Assembly: GCA_001179505.1 (NCBI GenBank)
Contig: CDMY01000423.1
Span: 15,954-79,953 of the forward strand
From: Vitrella brassicaformis CCMP3155
Lineage: Eukaryota > Protista > Chromerida
Length of the DNA: 64,000 nt
Direction of reading: 5' to 3'
In this document: piece by piece, positions 62,543 to 64,000 of the stretch
How positions within the stretch are numbered: position 1 is the stretch's first letter
Layout: every line of letters starts with the position of its first letter
Made by a program: the position numbers and the translations under genes
The notes under the pieces: generated by a model
Databases searched by the model: none
What the model saw: the letters and a program-made list of their open reading frames with translations, nothing else
Told to the model about the DNA's origin: nothing

Positions 62543-63073
62543 TCAAGGAGACGCGAATAGCAGGTAGAAGGTGATGACCACGCCCAGGAACAGCAGCATG
62601 TTGGTCACCGCCTGCTGCACCTGCTCCTCCACTGACGCACACCGACACAGAACAAGAGACAGACAGTGTGTCGTGAAAGCCAAAGCGTGTGTGTGTGTGT
62701 GGTCACCTTGCTGCTGCTGTGGGGTGGTTCTCCGTTGCCCGTCAGGTGTGGTCCCGCTGCCACCCGACACGCCACCACTTCCACTCCCCTGAGGCCCCAT
62801 ACCACCGCCAAACGGACTCCCCCAATCCAACTGAGCCACAAGTAGCACGAAAAAGGCACATGTGAGGTTGTGTTGTTATGACTCGGTGCAATGACAATGC
62901 ACTCACTCACCCCTCCACTATTGTTGTGGCCGCCCCCTAATGTGAAGGTGAATCCAGCACCGAAGAGGCCAAGAGGGAAGGGCAGGATGGAGAAGGCGAT
63001 GTTGGCCGGACCGAACCCGCCGAAACGCTGAGACTGGAACCATCCACCGCCCTGACAAACACGACGCATAACA

Positions 63074-63115
<42 letters not shown>

Positions 63116-63714
63116 ATGAGTGAAATGGCGGCGACACGGATAGTGGACGAGTGGTCAGGGAGAGTGCTGTGGTTTGTACCTGTGGTCTCTGGCGGTTCGG
63201 CGCCTGTGGCCGTTCGCCCTTGGGGCGCTGCGGAATCTTTCGCTCCTTCTTCCTGCACACACCAACCAACACACGAGAGTCACGGCGATTGGACGTACCG
63301 TATGTGTGTGTCACTGCGTGATGGCCGATGACTAACTGCCCACCTCACCTGGGGTCCTCCTCTTTGCCGCCTCTCGAGTAGAGCGGTATGAGGCTGTCGA
63401 CCGTCACGCCCGCCTTACACACGGGACACTCCTCCTTGCCGTCGACCAGCCAGTCATGCAGACACGCCCAACAATACTAAACACAACACAAAACACAACA
63501 CAACACGCCACGTCACAAACACGTGTTTGTTGTGCATGGTCGTGGTCGTCCCGCTGACCAGGTGGCCGCATCGCGTGACGACAGGCTCTGTGGCCTCTTC
63601 AAAGCAGATGGCGCACTCGAATTTGGAGCTCTCGTTGCCGCCAGGAGGGCGGGAGGCCGACGTTGGCTCTCCCCTCGATGATGCGGATGCCGACTGTGAC
63701 GATGACGAGCTCAT
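62543..63714 (-). CDS. RNF5: RNF5/RNF185/RMA1-type C3HC4 RING E3 ligase with C-terminal membrane anchor
   Basis: FECAICFEEATEPVVTRCGHL|YCWACLHDWL..ECPVCKAGVTVDSLIPLYSRG, then IPQRPKGER, a Gly/Phe-rich middle (LPFPLGLFG), and the tail anchor NMLLFLGVVITFYLLFASP*. Confidence 0.88.
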
Positions 63715-63748
63715 TCACGCTAGCAATGTCAGAAGTGCAAGTCGGTCC

Positions 63749-63768
63749 AGGGTTTAGGGTCTAGGGTT
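63749..63768. promoter_or_regulatory. Short telomere-like (telo-box-like) tract upstream of the RNF5-like gene
   Basis: agggtttagggtctagggtt equals about three TTTAGGG-type units, 35-55 bp upstream of the ATG at 63714. Confidence 0.35.
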
Positions 63769-64000
63769 CATAGACCGACGATCCACTGATCTGTGAGACA
63801 GGACGGCTGTTGAGTCTTTGTCCGTTCCATGAGACAGGCCATGGCGGACAGGACGTCAGACAGGATGGACTGACGCATACTACATGTCCTACGTGGACTC
63901 TCCACAAAATCCACAGACCTTACGTTGCATTGACTTAATCCTTTATCCGGGACTGACCGCCCGGCAGATCCTCTCTTCACCATTCTCCCCGACTCTCTCC

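Larger units (their letters stand above)
1..64000. repeat. Pervasive intronic and intergenic microsatellites (CA/TG, CAGA, CAGT, CCAT/GGAT, GA)
   Basis: Examples: 12198-12235, 17077-17100, 21241-21276, 48916-48945, 52266-52335, 63071-63113. Confidence 0.95.

Overview
Intron-dense, GC-rich eukaryotic genomic DNA. Introns are short (mostly about 50-130 nt) and packed with CA/GT, CAGA, CAGT and CCAT microsatellites. The style suggests a chromerid alveolate such as Vitrella brassicaformis (inference, not verified). The six-frame ORFs mostly run through introns or are antisense shadows, so genes were rebuilt by hand from splice sites. Gene order: TGS1 (+); secreted two-module Cys protein (+); multi-pass membrane protein (-); IFT88 (-); penicillin-acylase-family Ntn hydrolase (+); small 114-aa hypothetical (+); PPWD1 WD40-cyclophilin (-); microbial (type-1) rhodopsin (+); 4-TM protein (-); a 20-kb axonemal dynein heavy chain (-); then an inverted, diverged second copy of the membrane-protein/secreted-protein block; a long coiled-coil protein (+); and an RNF5-like RING ligase (-). 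Three observations stand out. (1) A 7-exon, 400-aa type-1 rhodopsin has 8 predicted TM helices, an intact Schiff-base Lys (DATAK) and counterion Glu, but no fused effector domain. (2) A pair of roughly 7.5-8 kb inverted duplicated arms (about 2180-9745 and 49552-57630) brackets a 40-kb segment, with breakpoints inside TGS1 and probably the dynein 5' end; each orphan fragment is decaying. (3) A bacterial-type S45 acylase carries spliceosomal introns and an intact catalytic Ser. No rRNA, tRNA, CRISPR array or autonomous transposon was recognised.
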